From: Squalus acanthias
Taxonomy: Eukaryota
DNA length: 64,000 bases
NCBI GenBank assembly: GCA_030390025.1
Contig: CM059432.1
Span: 46,192,001 to 46,256,000 of the forward strand
Reading direction: 5' to 3'
Below the pieces are notes generated by a model. It was not told the DNA's origin. It saw only the letters and a list, made by a program, of their open reading frames with translations, and searched no databases. The translations under genes and the position numbers were made by a program. The number at the start of each line of letters is the position of its first letter. The first letter of the stretch is position 1. Shown piece by piece: positions 36,456-49,600 of this stretch.

Positions 36456-39400
36456 CTGGAGGCCGCGCAGCCTGTCTACCTGTGTGCTCTCCGGTATGAT
36501 GGATGGAAGAGACCGCTCGTGCAGATGGAGGTAGAGAAGGTTAAAGGGACTTATCTGCTGGATACGGGGGCATCATGCACTGTAATCCACGCAGCTAATC
36601 CCACCACCTCACCTCTGTCTAGCGGGGTTCCATACGTTCTATCGGGGTTCACCGGCAAGGAACAGGCGGGAGCATTCTCCAAACCGCTCTCAGTCCGCCT
36701 GGGTCCACTCCAGACCAAGTGGACATGTGACCTGGCGAGGTGGGAAGCGGAGGGAGGAAAGGGGATCCTAGGGGCCGACTTCATCGTGGGCCACGGGATC
36801 CTCGTGGATCTCCAAAATCATTGCCTTTGGGGGGCTGATACGGGTAAGGAGAACGGTGTGGTAGTAATCCCAGGAAAGGAGGGGAAGGGAATCCTGTGTA
36901 CTGTGAAGCCGAAAGAAGGTTACGACCTCGGGCTCATGGTGGAGGGTGTCCCGGAGGAATTTAAAGCATTCGTGCAGGCTCACCTAGCTGCGTTCACCAC
37001 GCACAAACATGACTGCGGGAGGGTCACTGGGTTCGAGGTCAGGGTAGACGGAGACCCCATGCCCGGCTCCAGAAGCAGTATAACTTCCCCAGGGAAGCAG
37101 AGCCTGATATGGAGATAGCCATATCCTCGCTGGTACAGCAGGGAGTGTTGAGGCCCATAGCCACTCATGTTAATTCTCCGATTTGGCCGGTCAGGAAACC
37201 GGACAATTCATGAAGAGCCATGGTGGACTATCGGGTGCTCAACAGCAATATCCCCGCGTGTGCCCCCACGGTGGCAGCAGTTGCCGACCTTATTGGAAGC
37301 ATTCCAGCATCCGCGACTACGTTCATGGTGCTGGATATTTCGAATCGGTTTTGGTCGATCACCTTAAGGAGGGAAGACCAGTATAAGTTTGCCTTTACTT
37401 TTAAAGGGCAACAGTATACTTGGAACAGCTTGCCGCAAGGCTTTCATAACAGCCCCAGCATCTTCCACCAGTGCATGGCGAATAGTTTAAAGTAATTTAG
37501 TCAGCCCACCAAGTTGGTGCAGTATGGGGAGCATGGCCCGCTACTGGCCGAATTGCTGGAGCTGCTGCAGAGTATAGGGTTTAAGGTCAACCCGAAGAAG
37601 GCGCAGATCGGCCAGCGGGAAGTTAAATTCCTGGGTCTGACCGTCCGCGCAGGGGAGAGAGCCATAGATAAGGCAAGGAGGGAAGCGGTCCAAGAGCTAC
37701 CGGTCCCCAGTACTGTGAGGGGTGTGAGGTCGTTCTTAGGGCTAACGGGGTACTGCAGAGACTTTATCGAGGATTATGCAGCCACGGCAGCCCCTCTGCT
37801 CCGACTCCTACATAAGGGAGTGGAGTGGTCTTGGGATGGGGGGTGCCAGGCAGCATTTGTCCAGCTAAAGAGGGACCTGCAGACCGCACCAGCCTTGGGA
37901 GCGATAGATGGAGGGAGGGAGTTCTTTCTGGAGGTAGCGGCCAGCGGGGACAGCCTCAGTGCCGTGTTGCTCCAGGAGCGTCACGGCAGGCTGAGGTCCG
38001 TGGTCTACTCCTCCAGAGTACTCACTGACGTGGAGAGGAGCTACTCAATTTGTGAGTGGCACCTCTTGGCCACGTACTGGGCTGTGAAAAGATCATCGAT
38101 CTTCACAGGCACCTCTCCCATCACCCTCCTCACACACCACACGCCCACCCAGATGCTTCTGGACGGGAGGATTAAAGATGGGACAGTCAGCAGTGCACAC
38201 ATTGCGTGCTGGACCCTCCTCCTTTCCCAGATGGATCTGAGGGTGAGGGGCCTTTGCGAGCCCAAGCTCGCAGCCAATATGGTATATCCTGGAACAGCCC
38301 ATCGGTGTTCGATAGAAGGGGTATGGGAGGTGAACATTGGTCTGCGGACCGGGATACATCCCACAGGCTGCGAGATCTATGTAGACGGTTCCAGCATGGT
38401 ATCCGCTGGCGAACGTCTCACTGGGTGTGGAGTTTATGACCCAACAGCAAACATTGCCTTGGCGATCAAGCTCCCCAGTACCATGAGCGCCCAGCAGGCG
38501 GAGCTGTCCGCGGTGGTGTACGTGGTTACCCACCCCGAAATCTTCCCCACCCCATACACGATTTGCTCGGACAGTATGTTCACCTGCAACTCGTGCACGG
38601 AATACCTGGCAATCTGGTCCCGTCGCGGATATACCTCCGCTGACGGGAGGCCCTTAACAGTAAAAACCCTGCTGGAGAAAATCCAGGCAGCCGTGGGGGA
38701 GGAAGGCGAGGTCTTCATCCACAAGGTGAAGGCTCACTCCTCCACAGAACCCCGCGGCCAGGGTAACCAGCAAGCTGACGCGCTGGCCAAGGAGGGTGCC
38801 CGCGCTGGCATTTTCTGGGACCCCTATGGGTCCGGGTCCGTGGCGGCAGTTAGAGGCAGGATGGGACACAGAGGAGCTTAGGGGTAGCGTTGGCCCTGGA
38901 TCTTAAAACGGTCCAAGCCCAGGACCCTGTCCTGAAAACCGTCACAAGCGCAGTGAGCAAGGGTAGGAGGATAGAAGGCCTTTACAGCGCAGCAGCCCTC
39001 TCCATAAGGGAAGGCATGCTGTTTAAAGAAGGACAGTGGGTAGTGCCCCAGCAGCACCGGAGGGAGTTCCTTCAACTGGCCCATGAGGGTCCGGGAGCGG
39101 GACACCCCGGGCCTGAGGCCACCTGGCAACGGGTGGAACAGGCGGGATGGTGGCCGGGACTCCGGGAAGATGTCTGCGAGTTCTGTGCTAGCTGTCTTGT
39201 GTGCGCTGCAAACAACCCCGACCCCCACAGAAGGAAGGTGCCCATGGGACACGTCAGGAGGGTGGAGGGACCATGGCAGTCGATCCAGATCGACTACATC
39301 GGGCCCCTGCCCACCGCCCAGGGAGGCTACAAATACTGCCTCGTCCTGGTGGACGTGTTCTCCAAGTGGGTAGAAGCCTTCCCCTGTAGAACAGCCACAG

Positions 39401-40681
39401 CACTGGGCACTGCAAGGATCTTGGTACGGGAGGTGTTCTCGCGGTGGGGACTACCCCAGTTTGTGGAGTCCGACCAGGGATGCCACTTCACCGGCAAGTC
39501 ATGCAGAACACCCTTATGCTGCTCGGTATTCGGGGGAAGTGGCACGTGGCCCACAATCCACAGTCCTCCGGGATTGTGGAACGTATGAACCGCACCATCA
39601 AGGAAAAGTTGAGGAAGGAGACCATGGACTCGCCCCAAAAATGGGCAGAGGTCCTGTCCCTAGTCCTCATGGGGATCTGAGCAAGTCAGTCAAAGAGTAT
39701 GGGGTATTCCCCGCACGAGCTCATGACCGGCAGGGTCATGAGGACCCCCACCCACGTCCTAGCCCCAGTTCTTACGGAAGGGCAGCTTCGGGAGGTAAAC
39801 TGGGACCAATTCGCCCGAACGCTCCTTGAGCGCCTGAAACAGATTTATGAACAGGCCGCAGGTAGCATGGGGAAGCAGCATCGGAATAACCGACTGCTGC
39901 TCGAACCTAATAAAACACATCAATGGGAGATAGGGGACCTGGTAATGAAAGGAACTACGCCCGCATGGGGAGTTTTGAGCCACTGTACATGGGACCCTAT
40001 AGCATAGTGGATAAAGCCAGCCCCATGATTTACGCAATAAAATTGCCCCAGCGCACGAAATGGTTTCACATAAACCAGTGCAAGCTGTATAAGCCGGAGG
40101 CGAAGAAGCAGGCAGCTGGGACCCAATCCGAGGTTAGAAGTCCTCAGCTCCCAGCAGGTCTCAGCTCACAGGCAACACGCTCAGGTACAGTTTCGTGCGT
40201 TGAGGGAGGAGTCACCCAGGCCCCTGTTCAAACCACCCCCCCTCTCTTCTGGGACTCAGGTGGGGAGGAGGAGGAGCCTGAACCAGATAGCCCCGCCCCC
40301 GACCCAGGTTTTGAACCTGGAGGCGAGGACTCTCAGCCAACAGCAGCAGGCAGCGAGGGATTGCCTGTCCCCAGCTCAGACTTGGGAGGGGAGGAGCCAC
40401 GGGGGAAAAGCCCCCAGCCAGCGAGGACTGCAACCCACGGCAAGGGTCCGCTCGCCAGGGTAGCCCCACCTATAGCACTTCCTAGGAGGTCCCCTCGGAC
40501 ACCTCAACCTAGGAAGGCATGGTCGCCGACTCTCCAGTTTAAAGGGGTGACCTCCCGAGCAAAAGTTAAGTTAAAAGACAAAGGTGCCCAGCCAACTGTC
40601 GCAGGCTGTGAGGGACCAGAAGTAAGGGTCCATACAGCCACGCTGCAGGGAGCAGCCTGCCGCAGTCCTGACAGAGTTTAA
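36456..40681 (+). pseudogene. pol: E2 pol: protease, RT (YVDD deleted), tether, RNase HI, integrase with long C-terminal tail
   Basis: LLDTGAS, LDISN, LPQG, EVAAS tether, YVDGS...GNQQADALA, H-H-C-C zinc finger, QIDYIGPL, ESDQG, VERMNRT, GPY. Confidence 0.93.
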
Positions 40682-40936
40682 GCTAGCCGCTCGGAGACGG
40701 GTGGCGAATGTACAGAACTTGGTCTGAGAAGTTTGTAGTTTTAAGTTAGATTGTTGAGTTTGATTTTAAGGTGCGGAACCGTATAGCAGTTTTAAGATGG
40801 AACCGTTCCAGTGTATGTGTGTTTGTCCATGTGAGCTGAGGTCGAGGGACACGCTCACACTTCACCCCAGCCAAGGAGCCTATAGGGAGCCTGGCTAGAT
40901 GTTCTTCATTTTTTTTTTCAGGCAATTAAAAGGGAA

Positions 40937-43241
40937 ATGTTCGGAGGCCTGATCTTGCTCGCCCTGTCTGGGCTGAGCCTCGCGAGAAGGGGCGACACCG
41001 AGGACCACTGCATCTTCGGATGCTCTGGAAGGACGGCGCCTCTAGCCCACGATGGAAGTGGCCTACGCGAGGCGGATGAAATTGCCTCGTATACTCACGA
41101 GGGGAACTGGCCTGGATGGCTGGGGTCAAACTCGACCCAGTACTCGAGCCAGACCGGTTTTACATATGGGGAGGCCTCCCTCCAGTGCCCGAGGATACGG
41201 ATCATCACCCCAAGGATCAGCGTCACCGTGGGCAAAAGGATTTGTTTATCATGTAAGGGCAACGTTCCCCTGGGGCAATGTTCCCCTGGATAGGTGGTGG
41301 TGGCTCAGAAAATTAAGCAAAGACATGGGGAACCCCAGGGTAGAATGGGAAAGGTTAGGGAACGACACCCACAGGACCATCACGGGGACCCAGGGAGGGT
41401 TAAGTGTGTGCTGGGACAAATGGTGGGAACCGGATCAGGGGATCTATGTCTGTATGTGGGGATCAGAGAGAGTCTGCCCCATGGGCATTTCCATCATTTT
41501 CCACAGCCAGTGGCAGGATAGCGGGAGGGGGATGGACTGGGGGTCGCGCCTGGACGCATGCGCGATCCCATACTCCCCAATCTCGGTTAATGCCACTGAA
41601 TTAGTGACCCGTCCCCGACAGCCCCTGCCCACGACCCTGACGTCACGGACTGTAGCAGAGGCATGCCCCGCCACCACCAAGGGACCAGGGAATGGCCTGG
41701 TGCTGGTACCCACAGACCAGGTGCTCTATCAAGGGGTGCATTACGCGGTGGCCTCGGTGATCTTAAATCTCACTGAGGTGCAATTGCCCACGTGGTGCCC
41801 TGCAGAGACAGCTAAACTATATCAAGCCCTCTTAAGGGAAACATTTCAAAAGTTTTACGAATTCGATTTTGCGGAGATCGATAAGACCAAACTGTATACA
41901 CATAGCCACGAGGCTTGGGACGGGGTGGGGAGACAGAGAAGGGGTATTGTTAATGATGTTTTAACGGGTTTTAATGCGGGGTCTTCAGTTATTAATAGTT
42001 TAGATGACATTGAACTTCAGACGCAGATCAACGGTCAAGAAGACCCAATTAAAGAAGGTCTTAACTGATGAGAACAAGGTAGTGGGTTCGGAACTGCATG
42101 AAGACCAGGCCATGACTCTCCATCTAAAGGAGATCATAGCGGAGCTGGAGATATATGCAAAGACGGTGAATGCACTCATTAGGGATGATCGGAATACATC
42201 TGACCAGGCTGCGCAAAACGAGGTGTGCCTACTGTACGGGGCATGGTTGCTGGGCGAGGGCCGCAGAAATCTGGAGGACTTAAAACAGGGTTTGGTCCCC
42301 TCCTGGATCAGCAACAAGCACCTCGCAGCCCTCCACCCTTTTGAGAATGCATTAAGCCCATGCCAGCTCCGACTAGCTTCCGAGGCCTACCCAGTCCCAG
42401 TGGACTGTGGACGTTCCAACCACAATATCATGGGGATAATAGTAAGGATGCCGGTCATGGGCGGGACGGCCCGACCCGCGCTGGTATACAGGGTGGAGAA
42501 CATTGGTGTCATTCAGGGGGGTGTACACGTTCGTTTTACAGCGGTCCCGCCCTACGTCATAAAGTGGGATCACGCTATGACGGGTGTGACCTCTCGGGGT
42601 GCCGTAGCCGGGGAGCACACATCAGCCTGTGTCCCCAGCACTTGAATGCCTATTCGAAACCACAATGCGGGTTCAGAGCTGCTGACGCGAAACCTATAAA
42701 TTGTACCATGGAAGCCATGGCACAAGGCCATGTTTCCCCACAGGTAGCATATATAGGAGGCAGGACATATTGCGTCACCACAGGAGCGTCTCACTACCAG
42801 CACGGACAGCACAGCTGGTGCGCGGTGAGTGACAGCAGCTTCTGCTTTAAACCCAAGGCAGAAGTTCAAGTGGCCCAGGAACGAATTGTCCCCATTCCTG
42901 AACCATCCACGGTTCACCTAACTGTAAGAGAGAATTTCACCAACCTCCAAAAGTATGTGGCTCACTTCGGCTACCAGATTCCCCCTCTCCCAGAACACCT
43001 CATTAAACTATTAAGAGCCGTAGTGGTGTCGCAAAAGCATTTTTATACACTGGAACAGAAGACTATCCAGATAGGGGCCGATATTCTGGATATTATGACC
43101 CCACCCTGGTGGGACATCTTTGAGAATATCGAGGTCCCCTCCTGGATTCGTCTGGCATCACACGCGCTCGTAATTTGTCAGCTCGGGATCGTCCTCTACC
43201 TGGTTTGTGTCCAGTGTAGGAAAAGGGTCCCGAGGCAGTAG
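40937..43241 (+). pseudogene. env: E2 env: signal peptide, Ig-like domain, F-like fusogen, TM, short basic tail; frameshifted
   Basis: MFGGLILLALSGLSLA signal directly after a T-rich CAG acceptor (40921); DQGIYVC; RQRR/GIVND at 41931-41942; PPWWD, TM, RKR; a 16-bp tandem duplication (41257-41288) causes one frameshift. Confidence 0.87.
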
Positions 43242-43640
43242 CAAGAACCCAAAGGGTTTGGAGGGACCAGTATGCTCGGGTAGATGAGACACTCGCGTGA
43301 ATTCCGTGTCGCACCACTTACGAGTGATGGCGGCCTAATTTTATTATTTTTAATAAAGATGGTCCCCTCCGTTTGTTGTTTTTTTTTGATTAAAAAAAAC
43401 TGTTTTTTCCCAAGTGGTGCAGGGGTATGTTGGAACCCCTCCGTGCTGGGATTACTGGAAAAGAATTTGTTTCCTATCTAAAATGCCTGCTGTACACTGC
43501 GGTTATTCTCCAAGTGGGGGAATGTACGTGTCAGGGGAATTAGGATAGGTAAATAAAGGGGAAGGTTGTTTGCGACAGTCAGAAATTTTGTTCACCTCCT
43601 ATGGACACTTCAAGCAAGTTTAAGTCTCCACAGGGGGGAC

Positions 43641-44568
43641 TGAAAGGATTCGCAAAATTTCATGTGTCCCCCCCCGAAGATTTTTGTTGGACTTATTAAT
43701 AAGGAACCCTGGTCTGACTGAGTTTTAAAATCCAGGGCATAAAATGGCTGCGGTCAGACCTCGTGACCAAGAGCCTTTCAGACGCTGGCAAACTATCAGC
43801 TTGTGTATTCCGATGCAATAGGGACAAACCCAATCAGGTCTACGCATAAGGCTTTCAAGGTGTTTGCTCAAATAATCAGCGGGGACATTGAGACTGGGCT
43901 GGCCCATCATCGAACCTGTCGGACAAAGGGGAGCAGTTGAAGAACTGGTATGATACAATTAACCTTTTGTTAAAATTCATCATGCCCAGATCAGACAATA
44001 GAAATGAGCTGATCTGAAGGGAGATTAGGACGACCGCAAGGGTATAACTGGGAAGACCCAGCCCCTCTCTCTCTCTCTCTGCCTGGATCCCTGTTCACCC
44101 TGCCTGTCTGCCAGCAGCCAAGAAAGAAGACCAGAAACTTCGTAGCCACGTTTCGACGGCAGAAACAGGGTACAGGGCCAGGCTTTTCCATCCATTTCAC
44201 CGGTGAGCATTATCTTCTTCTGGCTGTCGCAAGACAATTTTAGTTAGGCATAAGGGTGGGAATTAATGGGGATATTGCTAAAATTGTAATTTTAGGATTT
44301 TCCCTCGATGTGTCCGTTCTCCTCCCATGCTAAGTGTAAAACCGTCTTCATATGATACTGTTTCTCTGTAGTTTTACTTCTGTAAATAAACATTGGTTTT
44401 CCTTGCACCAATCCACGGGTCTGTTCATTTGTCCTTATCGCCGCTCGATAAGTCCTGGGCTCAGAACTAGGAAGGGGATAGCGATTCGCAACCGCACAGC
44501 GGGCAGGACAGCTCAGGAAAACATAACTGGCTGACCTACAAATAAGCCCGAGACAAAAACCCCTTACA
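43641..44568 (+). repeat. E2 3' LTR
   Basis: Direct repeat of 33608-34542, followed by TSD CTGA. Confidence 0.95.
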
Positions 44569-44822
44569 CTGATGTGGGGGCTGGGGTGTGGTGGGAGGCA
44601 ATGGGTGAGAAGTGGAAGCGCTTTCAGTGGAGTCCCCACTTCCATGTCCCCTTTCGCCATCATCCATCTCACGGCCTAGCTGCTAACACTGTGCTGGAGA
44701 ACACTTTGGTGCAGAGCAGTGGGGCACTGCAAGGCCAAGGCTAGGGTATCAGTCATTCTACTGAAAGTGGCATCCAGAGTCTGCAAGTCCTTGCTCAAGG
44801 CCTGCCTGGACTCATGTGATTG

Positions 44823-46478
44823 TGTAAGGGTCACGGACTGGTGCGAGGTGAGGCTTTCGTTGCCTATACTATTGCTTGCTCTGGTCTCCGGCCAGACTTT
44901 TGCAATAAGCACCTGTGAGTGGTTCGACCCACTCGCCCTTACGGTTCTGACACCTGGACTTAGATGCAAGGAGCAGTAATGCAGAGAAAAGACTCAAATA
45001 GACCTGGTTGAATAGCACGAAATGAATGTCTTTATTGCATGGCGTCTAAAATCATGAAATACATGTCATAGGCGCAGATCAAAGAGAGTACCAGTATACA
45101 CACGTTCATAAAACTTGGTCTATGGAAATGGGGAACACACGACACATCGTAAAAGGGGGAACACATTATACATTAACCTTAGAAATCACCCTCCCTTAAT
45201 ATACCTAAACTACGTCTGGATTTGTAGGATCGGAAAACATGCTCACCACTCGGCTCACTTCGGAAATTTAAAATGAGGCTCTCAGCTCGTTTCGCTGCAG
45301 CGCCTGGCTGTCACGTGGCTGTAAGGGTTTCTGCCCCCGACTTGTTTACTCTCGCTGCCGCGAATGGGTCCACTGGAGACGGCCCCGGTAAAGTTCGCCG
45401 CGGATGGCTCAGGCTACCCGCTCAAAGAGCTGGAGGGTAAGCCAGACTCCCTGATGTCAAGAAGTGGTCTATGGGCTCAGACCGGATCGTGAAGTAGTCC
45501 GTAGAATTCAAAGAAACCGATTCATGCAGTAGCCTGTAGAATTCAAAGATGGATTCTGTCATTATATCTTCGGGCGCGGTCGGGGTTTACTGACCGCGGC
45601 AGCACGTGGAATTTCTTCTCGTCTTGCTTCTTGTTTTTCTTCTTGTTACTCGGGCCTCTGGGTCCGGACACCGTTTACCGAACGCTCGGGATGGTGTACC
45701 CTGTTACCTGCCCTGTCGAGGCAGGCTCGTTCCGATTGAGCTCCACCCAACACTCGAATAACCGACCAGCACAGCCCTGCCGAAGGAACCAGCGAGCGAG
45801 AGAAGAGACCAGCGGAGAGTCCAGAGCCAAGAGTCAAGAGACCGATGGACATTTGTTCCCTATAGTTATACTGCCTTGTCGGCCTTATCTCCCGCTCAAA
45901 TCTAAACGTTTATTCTTTGTGTGATTTTGGCGCCCAAAACTCCCAGCATGGGGCGATTATCTTCTTAACGGGTTTCGGTATCACCCGAAACTGGCCAACT
46001 ATCCGTTAATGCCTTCTCCATTGTTGAGCCAGCCAGGGTGGGTTTGAATCGTCTCCTCGACTGGTTTTGGTGCCCCCCGAATACTGGCTTAATCACCCGC
46101 CAATGTCTCTCTCATTGTTGAGCCGGGGGGCTATTCGTGTATTGATGTGTCTGGATGGGTTTTCGATGGCTCAGTTCAATGATTCTTACTGTGCGTATGA
46201 AACGATTCAAGCACTTATATCATTGCTATTGTCCAAAATGCAAACGGGTTGCATCCTGTCTTTTCAATGTGTACCGAGTATGATCTCATACTGAATGTAT
46301 ATTCAACGCCATCTTGTCTGCCCACTGTGTCTCTGGAAGCTTCTGCCACGATGCGCGGCGGCCATTTTACAGGCTTCTGTGTCCTTTATTATCAGGACAG
46401 CATTCTGTTTAATAAAAATGATCAATTGAACCTGCTTCTCTCATATTATTTGAATCGCGATAATTGCGAAACTCTACA
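44823..46478 (-). mobile_element. Solo LTR A (1656 bp)
   Basis: TGTAAGGG...CTACA; TSD ATTG (44819-44822 / 46479-46482); minus-strand AATAAA 45031-45036 and TATAAC near 45865. Confidence 0.85.
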
Positions 46479-46639
46479 ATTGCCACATTTGATGCTTCAT
46501 GTAGTTGGCCACTCTATCCATGCAACAAGACTTCATCACAATGGCCTGCGAAATCAATCCACTCATGCTTAAGGCAGACTCCTCCAATTTCTCTGCAATT
46601 GTGGACAGTGTGCTTGGAAGACTTATACTAACCTTTGCC

Positions 46640-49600
46640 TGTAGAAGTGTTTCCTTCCTTCACTCCTGAAAGGCCTGGTTCTAATTTTTAGACTATGCCC
46701 CCTAGTGCTAGACTCCCCAACCAGCGGAAATAGTTTCTCTCTATCTCCTTATCAGTTCCCTTAAATATCTTGAAAACTTCGACCAAATCATCACTTATCC
46801 TTCTAAATTCCAGGGAATACAACCCTAGTTTGTGTCATCTCTCCTCGTAATTTAACCCTTGGATTCCAGGTTTGATTCTGGTAAATCTACGCAGTACTCC
46901 CTCCAAGGCCAATATATCCTTCCTAAGGTGTGGTGCCCAGAACTGCTCACAGTAGTCCACGTGTGGTCTAACCAGGGCTTTGTATAGCTGTAGCATAACT
47001 TCTACCCCCTTGTATTCTAGTCCTCTAGATATAAAGGCCAGCATTCCATTAGCCTTTTTGATTATTTTTTGTACCTGTCCAAGACATTTTAATGATCTAT
47101 GTACATTGACCCCCCCAAGTCTCTTTGGACTCCCACTGTTTTTAGCTTTTCACCATTTAGAAATCACTCTGTTAAACCTTTTTAGGTTCATTAGTAGATG
47201 ACCTCACATTTGCCTACATTGAAATACATTTCCCACAGTTTTGCCCATTTGCTTAATCTATTAATAACTCTTTGTAATTTTATGCTTCCATCTACACTGC
47301 TTACCATGCCACCTATCTTTGTGTCATCGGCAAACTTGGATATGTGGCTTTCCATCCCATCATCTAAGTCGTTAATAAATATGGTGAATAATTGATGCCC
47401 CAACACAGATTCCTTGTGGGACACCACTTGTCACATCCTGTCAATTAGAATACCTGCCCATTATCCCTCTGTCTCCTGCTGCTCAGCCAATTTCCTAAAT
47501 AGGTCAATAATTTCCCTTCAATTCCATGAGCTTCAACTTTAGTGTAAGGGGTTTCGGTTCAGGGTGCTTGTGCGGGGTTAGGCCTTCGTTGCCTAATACT
47601 ATTGCTTGCTCTGGTCTCCGGCCAGCCTTGTTGCAATAAGCACCTGTGAGTGGTTCGACCCACTCGCCCTTACGGTTCTGATACTGGACTTAGGTGCGAG
47701 AGCAGTAATGCAGAGAAAACTCAGGTAGACCCGGTTGAATAGTACGAAATGGAAATCTTTATTGCATATTGTTCAAAATTACGAAGTACATGTCATAGGC
47801 ACAAATTAATGACAGTACAAGTATACATACATTCATAAAACTTGGTCTAGGGTAATGAGGAACGCACGGCACATCGTAAAAAGGGGAACACATTATATTT
47901 ATCCTTAATAAAACTACCCTCCCCTATCAATACCTACACTAATCTAGATTTGTAGGATCGAGGAAACATGCTCACCACTCGTGATACTTCGGAGAATTTT
48001 AAAGTAAGGAACTCGGCTTGTTTCGCTGCAACACCTGACTATCACGTGGCGGAAGGGGTCTCTGTACCCCACTTGTTTATCTTCTCTGCTCCAGCTAGCA
48101 GGCTGGGCTCCCCGTTGTCATGAAGAACTCGACAGTGCTCGGGCCCGGCTGTAGAACTCAAAGAAAAGTCTTTCTGGACCGACACCACTTAACCGGTAAA
48201 ATTCAAAGAAGAGTCTTCCTGTATTGACACCGGTTGTCGATAGAATTCGAAGAAAAGTCTTTGACCAGTTCATGCAGTAACCTGATAGAGTTCAAAAATG
48301 GTCTTTATATTTACGGGCGCGGTCAGGGTTTACTGACCGCGGCGGCACGTGGATTCTTCTTCTTCTCTTCTCATCTCATCTCATCTCCTCGGGCCTTCGG
48401 GTCCAGATACTGTTTACCGACCTTCGGGATGGTGCACCCGATTTCGCAGCACGCCACGAGGTCGACCCCAAAAGGGATCAGCGGAGCAAGAGAGAATAAC
48501 GGTCGTCCGGGATAAGAGCCGAGAGTCGATTCCAAGCGAATGAAAGGATAAGAGAGTGATGGACGTTTGTTGTCTATAGTTATAGTACTCGGTTCCCTTA
48601 TCTCCCGCCCAATCTTAATGTTCATCTTTTGTAAAATCTTGGCGCTTAAACATCTCAGTATGGGGTGGTTCTTGTTTGTAATGGGTTTCGGTGACACTTG
48701 TAACTGGCCAAATACCCGTTAATGTTTCTCCCATTGTGGAACCAGCTGGGAGCTTCCCTGGCGGTGTTTTGGGGGCCTCCGAAATATTTGTGTAAGCACC
48801 CGCGAATGGCTCTCTCATTGTAGAGCTGCGGGGAATTTGCGTATTGATGTCTTTTGGATGGGCCTCTGATTGCCCAGTACAATAGTCCTTACTTGTACAT
48901 GGAAAACGATTCCAGCACTTATATCTTTGCTATTGTGTCGAATGCAGACAGGTTGCATCCTGTCTTTACCAATGTTGGCTGCGTATTAACCAATCTTATA
49001 CTGAAATGTTTATTCGAACGCCATCTTGTCTGCCCACTGAAAATTCTGGAAGCTTCTGCCACGAGGCGCGGCGGCCATTTTACAGGCTTCTTGTGTCCGT
49101 TTTGAAACATGACAGCATTTTTCTGAAATAAAACTACTTGAACGAAACTGTATCTCTCTCTCGTTATTTTTGAATCGCGATAATTTGCGAATTTTACATT
49201 AGCTAATAGTCTATTATGAGGAACTTTATCAAATGCCTTCAGAAGTCTATATAAATAATATCCGTAGACATTCCTTTGTCCACTACTTTAGTCACCTCTT
49301 CAAAAAATTCAATCAGGTTCGTCAGGCATGACCTACCTTTTACAAATCCATGCTGACTCTCTTTGATCAGCTGAAAATTTACAAGCAGTTCAGTCTCTTT
49401 ATCCTTAATTATAGACTCTAGTAATTTCTCGACAACAGATGTTAGGCTAACTAGTCTTTAGTTCCCTGGTTTTTCCCCTCTTACCTTTCTTAAATAGCGG
49501 AGTGACATGCTCAATTTTCCAATCTAAAGGAACGGTTCCTGAATCAAGAGAACTTTGGAAGATTATAGTTAGGGCATCTGCAATGTGCTCACCTACTTCC

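Larger units (their letters stand above)
33608..44568 (+). mobile_element. Endogenous provirus E2 (lokiretrovirus-like), full length, decayed
   Basis: Two LTRs, TSD CTGA (33604-33607 / 44569-44572), PBS-like site, gag-pol-env collinear with E1, PPT 43632-43640. Confidence 0.93.

Noticed and set aside
44823..49198. Single LTR element with an internal region
   Set aside because: Each LTR has its own 4-bp TSD, they are too divergent, and there is no PBS/PPT or retroviral sequence between them.
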